Assembly: GCA_963677485.1 (NCBI GenBank)
Contig: OY781964.1
Span: 640,001 to 704,000, forward strand
Origin: Armatimonadota bacterium
GTDB lineage: Bacteria > Armatimonadota > HRBIN16
Direction: 5' to 3'
DNA: 64,000 nucleotides
Shown one piece after another: positions 8,979 through 18,026 of the stretch (its first letter is position 1; every line of letters starts with the position of its first letter). The notes beneath the pieces are model-generated. The model had not been told where the DNA came from. It worked only from the letters and a program-made list of their open reading frames with translations, and did no database searches. The position numbers were made by a program, and so were the translations under genes.

Positions 8979-10165
8979 ACCGAAAGAGATTGATTGACCA
9001 GCGCAACCAACTGTTGGCGGAGTTGGAGCAGATGCTGAACACCGCCGAGGGTGAGAACCGCGGGTTTACCGAAGAAGAGCGAAGCCGCCGTGACCAGATC
9101 ATGGCGCAGGCTAAGGCACTGGGTGACCAGATCGGGACGATCGACGAGATGAACGAGATGCGCGCCTCGGAGCACGTGAGCATCAGTCGGCTAGCCGTTG
9201 GGGCCGCACCGCCTGAGCATAGGGTGATGGTTCCGACCGAGCTGCACGCAAGCCAGGAGTACCGGGACGCGTTCGCGCAGTTCCTGGTGCGGGGAGATGA
9301 CCGTGAGCTGCGTGTTCTTGGTGCAGTGACCGGCACAGAGGGCGGTTACCTCATCCCGACGGTGACCTACAACGAGATCTGGGACCTAACCAAGTCGCTG
9401 GCCCCGGTGGTTGGCCGAGTGAAGCGAATGCCCTCGACCGACTGGGCGGTGAATGTGCCGACCATGACCAGCAAGGGCGGCTTCCAGTACGTGAAGCAGA
9501 ACGAGACCACGACTCCGAAGGACCCGGCGACTGGTCAGTTGCCGCTGGTCACACAGACCGCGCAGTGGCTTATCGGCGTGGATAAGAACATGAGCAGCTC
9601 TACCGTGAGCGTAGAAGGGTGGCTTCGCGGACTGTTTGCCGAGGGTCTAGCCGAGTTCCTGGAGGGTGAGATCATCAACGGTGCCGGTGGAGCCGATGCG
9701 CTGCAGGGCATTTTGAACGCCGGGGTTCTGAAGAAGACCACCGCCAGTGCGACCGCGATCACCCGCAAGGAGATCGAGGCGTTGTATTGGGGTATGCCGG
9801 AGTTCTACCTCGGCCGGGCTGAGTGGATCATGGGTGGATCGACCGCGCAGATGATTGCCGACGTGAGTAATGCGGTGACCGGTGACACACTGTGGGCGCC
9901 TTCCCTGGTGGACGGCTACCAGTGGCAGCTTATCGGTCGGCCCGTGAACCTGTCGAGTGGAGCGCCGGTGTGGACGGCGAACACGAAGGTGATGGCGTTT
10001 GTGAACCTGCTGAGCTACGTGCTGAAGGACGGCGGTCTGGAGATTGAGTTGAGCGACCACTTCCAGTTTGACAAGCGGCAGCGCACCTTCCGTGCGGTGT
10101 GGAGCGGTGACGGGAAGCTGATGAAGGACTCGCACGCCCAGGTTCTGAAGGTGAAAGCGGCCTAG
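8975..10165 (+). CDS. Major capsid protein (HK97 fold, N-terminal coiled-coil delta domain)
   Basis: GGYLIP, IINGAG....QGIL, LIGRPV motifs; position after protease. Confidence 0.93.
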   Translation: MNRKRLIDQRNQLLAELEQMLNTAEGENRGFTEEERSRRDQIMAQAKALGDQIGTIDEMNEMRASEHVSISRLAVGAAPPEHRVMVPTELHASQEYRDAFAQFLVRGDDRELRVLGAVTGTEGGYLIPTVTYNEIWDLTKSLAPVVGRVKRMPSTDWAVNVPTMTSKGGFQYVKQNETTTPKDPATGQLPLVTQTAQWLIGVDKNMSSSTVSVEGWLRGLFAEGLAEFLEGEIINGAGGADALQGILNAGVLKKTTASATAITRKEIEALYWGMPEFYLGRAEWIMGGSTAQMIADVSNAVTGDTLWAPSLVDGYQWQLIGRPVNLSSGAPVWTANTKVMAFVNLLSYVLKDGGLEIELSDHFQFDKRQRTFRAVWSGDGKLMKDSHAQVLKVKAA

Positions 10166-10203
10166 GAGGAGGCTCAGCCTCATTGAGGCTTAGCCTCGCT
10201 TTC

Positions 10204-10227
10204 GGGGGGCCAAAACGGCCCCCTTTT
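10204..10227 (+). terminator. Intrinsic terminator after the capsid gene (preceded by a second hairpin at 10169-10197)
   Basis: gggggcc-aaaac-ggccccc-tttt. Confidence 0.75.
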
Positions 10228-10249
10228 CGACCGAGACAGATAAGGAGTA

Positions 10250-10684
10250 ATGATGGCAGACAACTATATCGGGCGGGTATCCATTGACAATGTGCCGGAC
10301 AATCCGGTGCTGGTGACGCAGGGCATACGGCTACCGAATGCGCTGTCTGCCATCATAGAAGCCGACACGAGCCAGAGCTCCGCTGTGCATATACCGGACG
10401 GCTGGCGTATCGATGAGCTGGGATTTAGCCTGGGTTGGACTGGTAAAATCTCTTTCCAGGACTCCATAGATGACGGGGTGACCTGGCGCGACATGCTTGA
10501 GAACGGCGAGAGCATCGCCGAGACCCCTGTGGGGCTGTGTGCACTCCCGCTCACCGCCGACATGAGCCTGCGTGTGTCGAAGCACCTGGTGCGGTTTCAG
10601 AGCGGCGTACGGGGCGACCTTGTGGCACAGACCACCGCACAGACCACCGCACAGACCATAGATATCTCGCTGGTAAGCATGTAG
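10250..10684 (+). CDS. Hypothetical virion protein (beta-rich)
   Basis: Good RBS aaggag; F..SIDDGVTW motif; lies in structural operon. Confidence 0.7.
   Translation: MMADNYIGRVSIDNVPDNPVLVTQGIRLPNALSAIIEADTSQSSAVHIPDGWRIDELGFSLGWTGKISFQDSIDDGVTWRDMLENGESIAETPVGLCALPLTADMSLRVSKHLVRFQSGVRGDLVAQTTAQTTAQTIDISLVSM
10625..10658 (+). repeat. 12-bp in-frame tandem repeat gcacagaccacc x~2.8 (AQTT)
   Basis: Read directly from sequence. Confidence 0.9.
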
Positions 10685-10686
10685 CC

Positions 10687-12768
10687 ATGGGCCTCATCAT
10701 ACTGTTCGCTGCGACCGCAAAACGCAGGATACCCGCCCCCAAAGGTCCCATTCACCGTAACGCGGTGGGTGTGGGCCACGCCATCACCGGTATCGACTGG
10801 CCCACACTGGCCCCGCGGCTGGTGGCCAACGAAGCCGGTGTGACGCATGACATCACAGGGCTGGAATGGACAGTATATACCCTTTCGCTGGACACATTCG
10901 ATGAAGCGAACGCGGCGGGCATTGGACACGCTATCACAGCCCTTCAGTGGATTCTGGAGGGCACTCTGGGAGACAATCAATTCATCAATCCTGGCTTCGA
11001 AGATGGCATCAACTGGTATTCCATCCATGATGCCACTAATGGGTTCTATGGACAAGTTACATCGACGGCTGTCGCTGGCGAGTTCCACTCTGGGTCAAAA
11101 GCAGCGAAGTTGGTATCTGGAACAACAGACCCGACCAACATAACCCGGCTATCACAGGACTGTGCGACCACACCCGGGAAGACCTACATGCTTTCGTTCT
11201 GGGCGAAGGGCGATGGTGTCAATACCCCACACTTCTTTATGTACGACCGGACGACAGACGCAAGCATCACTCCGGAGCCTGTGCCAATCACAGGGCTAAC
11301 GACCGATTGGCAGAAGGTGTCATATACCTTCGTTGCCCCTGCTGGAGCTACACTGGCCAGGAGTGTGTTATATGCGCCGTATGTGGTGGGTGGCACCGTG
11401 TGGTATGACGACCTATACTTCGGTGAGGTCACCGTGGCATCGCTTGACGTGACCGAGGAGCCTAACACCGCAGGACTGGCGCACGCGATCACTAACCTGG
11501 ACTGGGCCTTATACGTGGTGCCTGTGGACACCTATGAGCACTACGCAGGTGTGGCCATCGCCCATGTGGTCACTGGTGTTGACTGGGAAGTCATTCCGGT
11601 CAATGAGATGAGCAATGAGGGGTTTGAATCTGACCTGGACTGGTGGACCCCAACCGACAGCCGTAACGGCGCGAACGGCACGGTGGCTGTGGTCACTGCC
11701 GAGGGGCAGATCCATTCGGGAGCCAAAGCCGTCAAGCTCACCTCCGGCACAGTGGATATGACCACTGAGCCCAGGCTACAGCAGGACAATACGCTTGTGG
11801 CTGGCTCGCGTTATGCCCTCAAGTTCTGGTGCCGAGGTGATGGAACGAATGATGGCCGCTTCTTTATGTATGACAAAACAACGGATGTCGACATCACCCC
11901 AGGCGTCATGTCCACGGACAACACCAGCACCACATGGCAGCAGGTGGAGTTCGCCTTCGTTGTTCCCTCTGGTGGCTCGAATGTCAGGTTGCTACTATAC
12001 GGGGCCAGCGTAGGTCTTGGCGAGGTCTGGTTCGATGACTTCAGCATCACGCTAAGGCCGCTCACGCCGGTCTCTGCCAACCCGGTAGACGCATCGGCGG
12101 GCCTGGCTCATGGGGTGTCATCCGTAAACTGGATCGTGCCTGTTCCAACTTATGAGCATGGAGCACAAACCGGAGTTGCTCATCTCATCACCAATGTCGA
12201 TTGGGATGTGGCCTCTACGCCCATCACTACCTATGAGAACACCGGCCAGGTGGGCGTAGCCAGTGCTATCACCAACATTGACTGGGAGGTGGCCGCTCCG
12301 AACCTGTGGGACGGCTATAACCCGGCGTTTGAAAGCGACTTCGCGAACTGGGTCAAGAACGACGCTACCAATGGCAACCACGGTACAGCCTCCATCGCCA
12401 CCGCTGCAGGCGAGTTCTACTCGGGCACTAAAGCTGCACGCCTGGCGGCTGACGGCAGCACGTTCTACGACACAAACCCATGGTTGCACAGGGACACCAT
12501 ACTACAGCCGTCTACGAACTACCGCCTGTCGTTCTGGTGCCGAGGTGACGGCACGAATGCCGGGAAGTTCTTCATACATGACAGGACCACGAACACATAT
12601 ATCACACCGGCTGATGTGTCAACGGGAAACGCAACGACAACATGGCAAAAAGTGACATATGATTTCACGACTCCCGCGGGTGCGTCGAATGTCCGTATAT
12701 TCCTCGAAAACCCCGGCACGATAAACAGCGTGGTATGGTTCGACGAATGCTCGCTGAGCACGCGATAA
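10687..12768 (+). CDS. Modular virion protein with three CBM4/9-like domains separated by a repeated AG.(G/A)H.IT..DW motif
   Basis: Three N.GFE/N.AFE...HSG.KA.KL...Y.LSFW..G...WQ.V...F..P...VW.D domains; 8 linker repeats. Confidence 0.8.
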   Translation: MGLIILFAATAKRRIPAPKGPIHRNAVGVGHAITGIDWPTLAPRLVANEAGVTHDITGLEWTVYTLSLDTFDEANAAGIGHAITALQWILEGTLGDNQFINPGFEDGINWYSIHDATNGFYGQVTSTAVAGEFHSGSKAAKLVSGTTDPTNITRLSQDCATTPGKTYMLSFWAKGDGVNTPHFFMYDRTTDASITPEPVPITGLTTDWQKVSYTFVAPAGATLARSVLYAPYVVGGTVWYDDLYFGEVTVASLDVTEEPNTAGLAHAITNLDWALYVVPVDTYEHYAGVAIAHVVTGVDWEVIPVNEMSNEGFESDLDWWTPTDSRNGANGTVAVVTAEGQIHSGAKAVKLTSGTVDMTTEPRLQQDNTLVAGSRYALKFWCRGDGTNDGRFFMYDKTTDVDITPGVMSTDNTSTTWQQVEFAFVVPSGGSNVRLLLYGASVGLGEVWFDDFSITLRPLTPVSANPVDASAGLAHGVSSVNWIVPVPTYEHGAQTGVAHLITNVDWDVASTPITTYENTGQVGVASAITNIDWEVAAPNLWDGYNPAFESDFANWVKNDATNGNHGTASIATAAGEFYSGTKAARLAADGSTFYDTNPWLHRDTILQPSTNYRLSFWCRGDGTNAGKFFIHDRTTNTYITPADVSTGNATTTWQKVTYDFTTPAGASNVRIFLENPGTINSVVWFDECSLSTR

Positions 12769-12788
12769 CAAGGAGAGAGAGTAAACAC

Positions 12789-13823
12789 ATGGTTGGGCAA
12801 ATCAAAACCGGCATCAAATGCGAGTGGTCGGTTGACCTTATCAACGCCAAGACCGGCATCATCGAGCGGCACATCCCGTTCCATAAAAACACCATACTCG
12901 ACACCGGTATGGACTTCTTCATGAACACCTCATTTACAGATCATGGAGGTCTGTTCAGGTGTGTGAATGGAACGCAGGATGGCTACTATAACGCCATTGC
13001 AGTGGGGAGCGGTACCGCCACTCCCGCGTTTACGGACACGGCTCTGGGCACGTTCGTGGCTGCTAAGGCGTATGACTACACCCTGGGTTCCAAGACCATC
13101 GACTTGACCAGCAACACATCGCCGATCACTTTCACGCTGGTGGCGGCATTTGGTGAAAATGAGGCCAACGGAAACATCTCTGAGATGGGGCTGTTGAATG
13201 GCCTGACAAACACCGCTGGGAAGTTCTTCTGTCGTAACCGGATCGTGGACGTGAACGGCGACCCGACCACCATCGTGAAAGACAGCTCGCACACGATGAA
13301 CATCACGGCGCGCATCACGGTGACCCGCGTCGGTGACCCGTTCGCCGCCACTGCGATCACAGAAGTTGGGGACCTAGGGACAAACAACAGCATCGTCTCG
13401 TTTGTGAACAACCAGTGGCTGGCCGACTGTTTCCTGCATGGGAGCGGTGCGTCCGCTGGAGGGCTGTATACGCAGGCTACCGCGAACATGTATGCCAGTG
13501 CTACCGCCCTGAGTTTCGCAAGCGGGATCGCCAACACCGATTATACGGCTTTAGCATCCCCTTCGAATGGCAGTGGGAATATCACAAAACCCAACACCGG
13601 CAAGAGTGGGGATAACTACTGGCTAGACTTGAAGCTAGAGATACCACAGGCTGTGCTGAACATGAATATCGCCTCACTGGTCACACGAGGATTCGCAAAA
13701 ACAGCCAGTGGGGTGACAGGGATTGGGGAACCGGGTCTTGTGTGCAAATTCGCGACACCACTACCCAAGACGAGTGCCAAGAAGGTCTATCTGACATTCC
13801 GGCACACATGGACGAGGAGCTAA
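12789..13823 (+). CDS. Putative fibre/collar-type structural protein
   Basis: N.ILDTG, IAVGSGTATP..TDTAL, EANGNISEMGL motifs resemble phage collar/baseplate proteins. Confidence 0.6.
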   Translation: MVGQIKTGIKCEWSVDLINAKTGIIERHIPFHKNTILDTGMDFFMNTSFTDHGGLFRCVNGTQDGYYNAIAVGSGTATPAFTDTALGTFVAAKAYDYTLGSKTIDLTSNTSPITFTLVAAFGENEANGNISEMGLLNGLTNTAGKFFCRNRIVDVNGDPTTIVKDSSHTMNITARITVTRVGDPFAATAITEVGDLGTNNSIVSFVNNQWLADCFLHGSGASAGGLYTQATANMYASATALSFASGIANTDYTALASPSNGSGNITKPNTGKSGDNYWLDLKLEIPQAVLNMNIASLVTRGFAKTASGVTGIGEPGLVCKFATPLPKTSAKKVYLTFRHTWTRS

Positions 13824-13835
13824 GGAGAGCGCACT

Positions 13836-14189
13836 ATGTTTAAGAAAATCTGGGTATGGCTGCGGGACCGTGTTTTTCATCTGCCGGAGGATGAGAACAG
13901 CGGCGGCGACGTGATCCGCAAGCACCCGGCGGAAATGGAGATCGCCGTGGCGTATGCCGTGCGAGCCACCTATGGCCAGGTTCGCAATGGCGGACCGGGA
14001 GCAATCGACCGGATGGCCGCCAAGCTGCTGGACAGCGTGCTTGAGCCGCTTCCGGACTGGGAGGAGGCGATACTGCGGGCCGCGGCTGTTACCAAGGTGA
14101 AGGGCTGGGTGCTGCAAGCCACGGCTGGTCTGCCAAGTGAGGCGATCGTTGTGGCGCGGATCATGGTGATACTGGTGGGGCTGCCGTAG
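13836..14189 (+). CDS. Hypothetical phage protein
   Basis: RBS aaggag; coupled to holin. Confidence 0.65.
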   Translation: MFKKIWVWLRDRVFHLPEDENSGGDVIRKHPAEMEIAVAYAVRATYGQVRNGGPGAIDRMAAKLLDSVLEPLPDWEEAILRAAAVTKVKGWVLQATAGLPSEAIVVARIMVILVGLP

Positions 14190-14596
14190 TGGGAAACAAT
14201 GAGCGAGCCTTAACATACGGCTCTCTTGTCGCAGTCATGCTGGCAATCCCGAAGATTTTGTGGCTGCTCATTGCTGCCATCATCATCGATGTCATCACCG
14301 GTGTGGCCGCTGCTGCGATGGCTGGCACTGTAAGTTCATCGGCTAGCCGGGTGGGTATGACCAAGAAGAGCATTGTTCTGCTCATTGTGGGTTTCGGCTA
14401 CGGCATAGAACACGCCACCAATGGTGCGATCCCTGCCGGGGGCACCATCACCAGCTTCTATGTCGTTGCCGAGGGCATATCCATCCTGGAGAACATGGGC
14501 AAACTTGGTATACCTATCGCCCCAGCGTTGAGGCGGAGTCTGGCAGTGCTCAACCAGTCTCAGGAGGTCAGAGATGATAACTCGGATAAGCAGTGA
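14189..14596 (+). CDS. Phage holin (phage_holin_4-like)
   Basis: DVITGV.AA, G..KK, FY...EGISILEN..KLGIPI. Confidence 0.9.
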   Translation: MGNNERALTYGSLVAVMLAIPKILWLLIAAIIIDVITGVAAAAMAGTVSSSASRVGMTKKSIVLLIVGFGYGIEHATNGAIPAGGTITSFYVVAEGISILENMGKLGIPIAPALRRSLAVLNQSQEVRDDNSDKQ

Positions 14597-15134
14597 CACC
14601 CCACTGACCCCAGTGGCCACAGTGGACGAAGCCATTGTGCACATGCGGCTGTTGGAAGCCGACGAGGCAGAACGGGAGTTCATCGCTGGGCTTGTTGAGG
14701 CAGCCACAGACTACATCGAGGGAGCGACCAACCAGACTTTTTGTGTGCGGGTACGCCGGTTCGAGGTCGTCAATGAGGGAAATAACGAGGGTCTGTATAA
14801 CCTGCCCATCTACACCGGCAGCCTCGATGTGGACACACCAACGCTGGTGCGTGTGGCGGATGACGGTACGCAAACCGCGGTCGACCTCAACACGGAGGCC
14901 CTGCGCCGCGGGTATGTGGGAATGAATGACCTTGGTGAGTGTGGCGATCACTCCATCCTCACGGTAACCATGGGCAGAGACAAGATCGAGCCGCTTGCCA
15001 GAGCGGCGATCCTGATGTGTACGGCGCACTGGTATGAGCACAGGGAGGCGGTCGATGATGGCCGCAGCCTGGGAGAGGTGCCGATGAGCGTGAAGTCGAT
15101 CATTGGCTTGTTAAGGAGGCATGTGTATGCCTGA
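14574..15134 (+). CDS. Head-tail connector (gp6-like)
   Basis: T..EA..H.R, AA..YIE..T, AAIL...AHWYEHREAV, P..V..ii. Confidence 0.9.
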   Translation: MITRISSDTPLTPVATVDEAIVHMRLLEADEAEREFIAGLVEAATDYIEGATNQTFCVRVRRFEVVNEGNNEGLYNLPIYTGSLDVDTPTLVRVADDGTQTAVDLNTEALRRGYVGMNDLGECGDHSILTVTMGRDKIEPLARAAILMCTAHWYEHREAVDDGRSLGEVPMSVKSIIGLLRRHVYA

Positions 15135-15585
15135 GCAGACGTGTAATGACAAGATGATATCCCAGCCCGGGGTCAACAAAGTGGCGGCGCGGAAGTTCCG
15201 TGCGGTGTTGGCCGACGTGCGTGGCCATGGGCTGGAGCTCATGGTCACCCAGGTTCTACGGCCCGTGGCGGTGCAAAGGAAGCTGTATTGTGCGGGACGG
15301 TCTGACACTTACCTGCGGGCAGCGGGGTTGAGTTATGAAGAGATCTCCGCGGCCCGGAAGGCTGGATATCTAGCGAAAGATGACGTCCTGACCGGCACAC
15401 TAAACTCGATGCACTGCAAGGGGCTAGCCATGGATGTGGTACCACTGGTGAACGGTGTAGTCACCTGGGACGCAGCGTGCACCACTTGGGTGGTCTACGG
15501 GAGTGCGGTGAAGGCGCACGGCCTGACCTGGGGCGGGGCGTGGAGGTCGCTGCGGGATTTACCGCATTGCGAGTGGAGGGGTTAA
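15121..15585 (+). CDS. Endolysin, M15 family L-Ala-D-Glu peptidase-like
   Basis: R....Q..LY..GR, SMH.KGLAMD, WGG.W...DLPH.E. Confidence 0.9.
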   Translation: MCMPEQTCNDKMISQPGVNKVAARKFRAVLADVRGHGLELMVTQVLRPVAVQRKLYCAGRSDTYLRAAGLSYEEISAARKAGYLAKDDVLTGTLNSMHCKGLAMDVVPLVNGVVTWDAACTTWVVYGSAVKAHGLTWGGAWRSLRDLPHCEWRG

Positions 15586-15911
15586 TGGAAGCCGGGAGGC
15601 TGCGGTATAAAGCCGAGGTTCAGGGGCGTCCTGATGTTCCGGACGGGCGCGGTGGATTCAAGAAGGGCGACTGGACAAAGCTCGCTGTGGTGCCGGTGGC
15701 TATGACCGGACTAACACAAAAGGACCGGTTGGCCAGCGGGGTAAACATCCCGGAGGATGTGGTGAAGATCACCTGCCGGTTCTGCCAGTATATCCGGCAG
15801 CAGCGTCGCCTGGTCATTCTGGGCGAGACCTATGAAGTGCAGAGCACGGACACCGACAGCCGTCGGCTGGTGCTCAACGTAATCGCAAGGAGGGTGCCAT
15901 CCAATGGGTGA
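15585..15911 (+). CDS. Head-tail adaptor / head closure protein
   Basis: MEAGRLR, D..GG....W, ITCRF, G..YEV. Confidence 0.85.
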   Translation: MEAGRLRYKAEVQGRPDVPDGRGGFKKGDWTKLAVVPVAMTGLTQKDRLASGVNIPEDVVKITCRFCQYIRQQRRLVILGETYEVQSTDTDSRRLVLNVIARRVPSNG

Positions 15912-16383
15912 GCTTCGAGGCAACGTGAGTGTAGATATCAGCATGAAGTATACCGCCACCGGGCTCGGATCGCAGACATGGCAGGGCAACTTCAACCATG
16001 CGCGGTCGTTAACGCCTGGCAGCGGTCTTGGCAAGGTCAACCAGGGCTGTGAGTTCAGCGCTTCCGCTGGGCTGCTGCCAACGGTGATCAACCTTAAGAC
16101 GCTGTGTGCATTAGCGGCTGAACCGGATAAGGCGGTGCAGAGTGATGGCGACATCGCCATGCTGAACTTCATCCTTATCAAGAACCTGAGCCCAACTGCC
16201 AACCTGACCATAGGGCCAGCCAATGTCAACGGTGCTGAGGGCATTGCCGGAGCTTTTGGACCAGAAGGGGTGCTGTTCCTTGACTTCGGTAAGGGAGGCC
16301 GCATGCTAGGAACGAATACCGACATCCAACTGACATCGACAGGCGCGGGAACGCCCGTGCTTATCACCGTGGCTGGCTGTTAA
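15904..16383 (+). CDS. Hypothetical structural protein
   Basis: Coupled ORF in the head-tail gene run. Confidence 0.65.
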   Translation: MGELRGNVSVDISMKYTATGLGSQTWQGNFNHARSLTPGSGLGKVNQGCEFSASAGLLPTVINLKTLCALAAEPDKAVQSDGDIAMLNFILIKNLSPTANLTIGPANVNGAEGIAGAFGPEGVLFLDFGKGGRMLGTNTDIQLTSTGAGTPVLITVAGC

Positions 16384-16757
16384 TGATCAACGCAGCAGAC
16401 AGCGCACAACTGGCGGTATACCAGATGCTCACCGTGGCCGGACTAACAGTATATGACGAGGCTCCGGAGGAACCAGAACTACCTTGCGTGGTTCTGCACG
16501 GCGGAGCTCCGAACATGATCAGCGTCTGCCCGCAGACTTGGAAGGTCGATATTGACCTGAACATACTCAGTGATGCACCTGGCTGCGCAGAAGCATCAAC
16601 GGTATACACCAAAATCTGTGAGGCATTGGGTGACGACATTCGGCCGACCAGCCAGCATACTGGCGGGTTCTGCCGGGTTGGTGAGATGGACCAAGACAGG
16701 GATGAGAACCTGCGTAACCCATCTGCGGTGGTTGAGGTATGGCTGGAATGCGGGTAG
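16383..16757 (+). CDS. Tail completion/terminator-like protein
   Basis: Q.AVY..L, VYDEAP...LP.VV. Confidence 0.7.
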   Translation: MINAADSAQLAVYQMLTVAGLTVYDEAPEEPELPCVVLHGGAPNMISVCPQTWKVDIDLNILSDAPGCAEASTVYTKICEALGDDIRPTSQHTGGFCRVGEMDQDRDENLRNPSAVVEVWLECG

Positions 16758-17074
16758 ATATCAACACTCAACGCATCATGGAGGACATGCGCCATGAACT
16801 GAATATAGCCCTGGTGGACGCGGCTCATCAGATTGTGGAAGCAGCCGGGTCATCTGTTCCGAGGCGGACTGGTAGGCTGAGTAGATCAGCCAGGGTCGTG
16901 GAGAGGGGGGCCAACAATGTGGTGATCATCTACGACACCGGATACGCGGGCCGTGTCTACTGGGATAAGAGCTTGAAGCATCGCAGGGGTAAGGCACAGT
17001 GGATACGCGCCATTCTTAAGGGAAAAGGCAAGAAGATAATCAGGCAGTGCCTGATCAAACAATTGGGAGGTTAG
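16739..17074 (+). CDS. HK97 gp10-like / minor capsid protein
   Basis: VPRRTGRL.RS, YDTGYA. Confidence 0.75.
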   Translation: MAGMRVDINTQRIMEDMRHELNIALVDAAHQIVEAAGSSVPRRTGRLSRSARVVERGANNVVIIYDTGYAGRVYWDKSLKHRRGKAQWIRAILKGKGKKIIRQCLIKQLGG

Positions 17075-17077
17075 CGA

Positions 17078-17512
17078 GTGAGTAGTACGCTTATCAAATA
17101 TGGCAAGATGGCCCTGAAGCTTGGTACTTCGCCAGGCTCGCCAGTTCTCGGACTGACATCGGTGACCATGAAAGTGAATGCGTCCCTGATTGAAGTGGCA
17201 GATACGAGCCATGTCAACGCCGAGACAGACATGATAGAACCTGAAAACATCCCGTCGAAGGTCACTCATGAATTGAGCTGGGACGGTAATGCCTACGCAT
17301 CCAGCATGGGCGCGTTCGACATGGCCAAAAAATGCGAGACGGGTACCAGACTCCCCTTCGAGTTCGTGGCAGACAGTGATACCACGGAGAAGATGGTGGG
17401 TGTCATTGCGATCGAGAGCATAGAGATCGGCGCAACGTTGGACAAAACCGGTACCAGTAAGGGTAGTGGAAAGTCCAGCGGGCATGTGACCACCACGTCG
17501 GTGAGTGCTTAA
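17078..17512 (+). CDS. Tail tube (major tail) protein
   Basis: Size, beta-strand pattern and position before the chaperone/tape measure genes. Confidence 0.7.
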   Translation: MSSTLIKYGKMALKLGTSPGSPVLGLTSVTMKVNASLIEVADTSHVNAETDMIEPENIPSKVTHELSWDGNAYASSMGAFDMAKKCETGTRLPFEFVADSDTTEKMVGVIAIESIEIGATLDKTGTSKGSGKSSGHVTTTSVSA

Positions 17513-17814
17513 TGAAGGTCACCATCAACGGCAAGACCTGGAATGAGCCGGTGCGAAACCGGCACCGTCGGACTGCGGAGCAGTTCTCCGGCATCAGTGT
17601 CACCAAGATCAAAGATGCTCCAGACGAAGCGACCTGTGCCTATGTCATCGGCACTGTGGCGGCGATCACCGGGTTATCGACCGACGAGGTCGATGATGCA
17701 CTCGACACCGCCCAGGAGCGTTCACGGCTGCTTATCGAGATCGTAGATGACACGATCGGCGACATCCCAATGGAAAGCACCGACGAGGGAAACGTCCACA
17801 GCGCAACACCCTAA
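17512..17814 (+). CDS. Tail assembly chaperone (gpG-like)
   Basis: Position; ends just after in-frame slippery site G GGA AAC (17787-17793). Confidence 0.8.
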   Translation: MKVTINGKTWNEPVRNRHRRTAEQFSGISVTKIKDAPDEATCAYVIGTVAAITGLSTDEVDDALDTAQERSRLLIEIVDDTIGDIPMESTDEGNVHSATP

Positions 17815-18026
17815 CCGACTGGGGTGAGGCGAAACGCCTCGCCTACGGGTTGTTGCGCTGGACACCCGACACCTTCTGGAATGCGACATGGGCTGACTTT
17901 GTCGATTCGGTTCATGCTGTGTACTGGTATGAGAAGCTCAAATACGGTGTTGTCGACAAGCCAAAACCGAACGAAGATGAAGAGCGTGAGATGAGGATAA
18001 TCATGGAGAGAATGAGTAATGCCTAG
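17787..18026 (+). CDS. gpT-like extension made by programmed -1 frameshift (not in ORF track)
   Basis: -1 frame is open to TAG 18024-26: ..AYGLLRWTPDTFWNATWADF.., typical tail-chaperone motif. Confidence 0.85.
   Translation, partial: GKRPQRNTLTDWGEAKRLAYGLLRWTPDTFWNATWADFVDSVHAVYWYEKLKYGVVDKPKPNEDEEREMRIIMERMSNA

Noticed and set aside
10537-10686. N-terminal extension of the 743-aa ORF (TDHR repeats)
   Set aside because: It overlaps the 10250..10684 gene; ATG 10687 directly after that stop is the likelier start.
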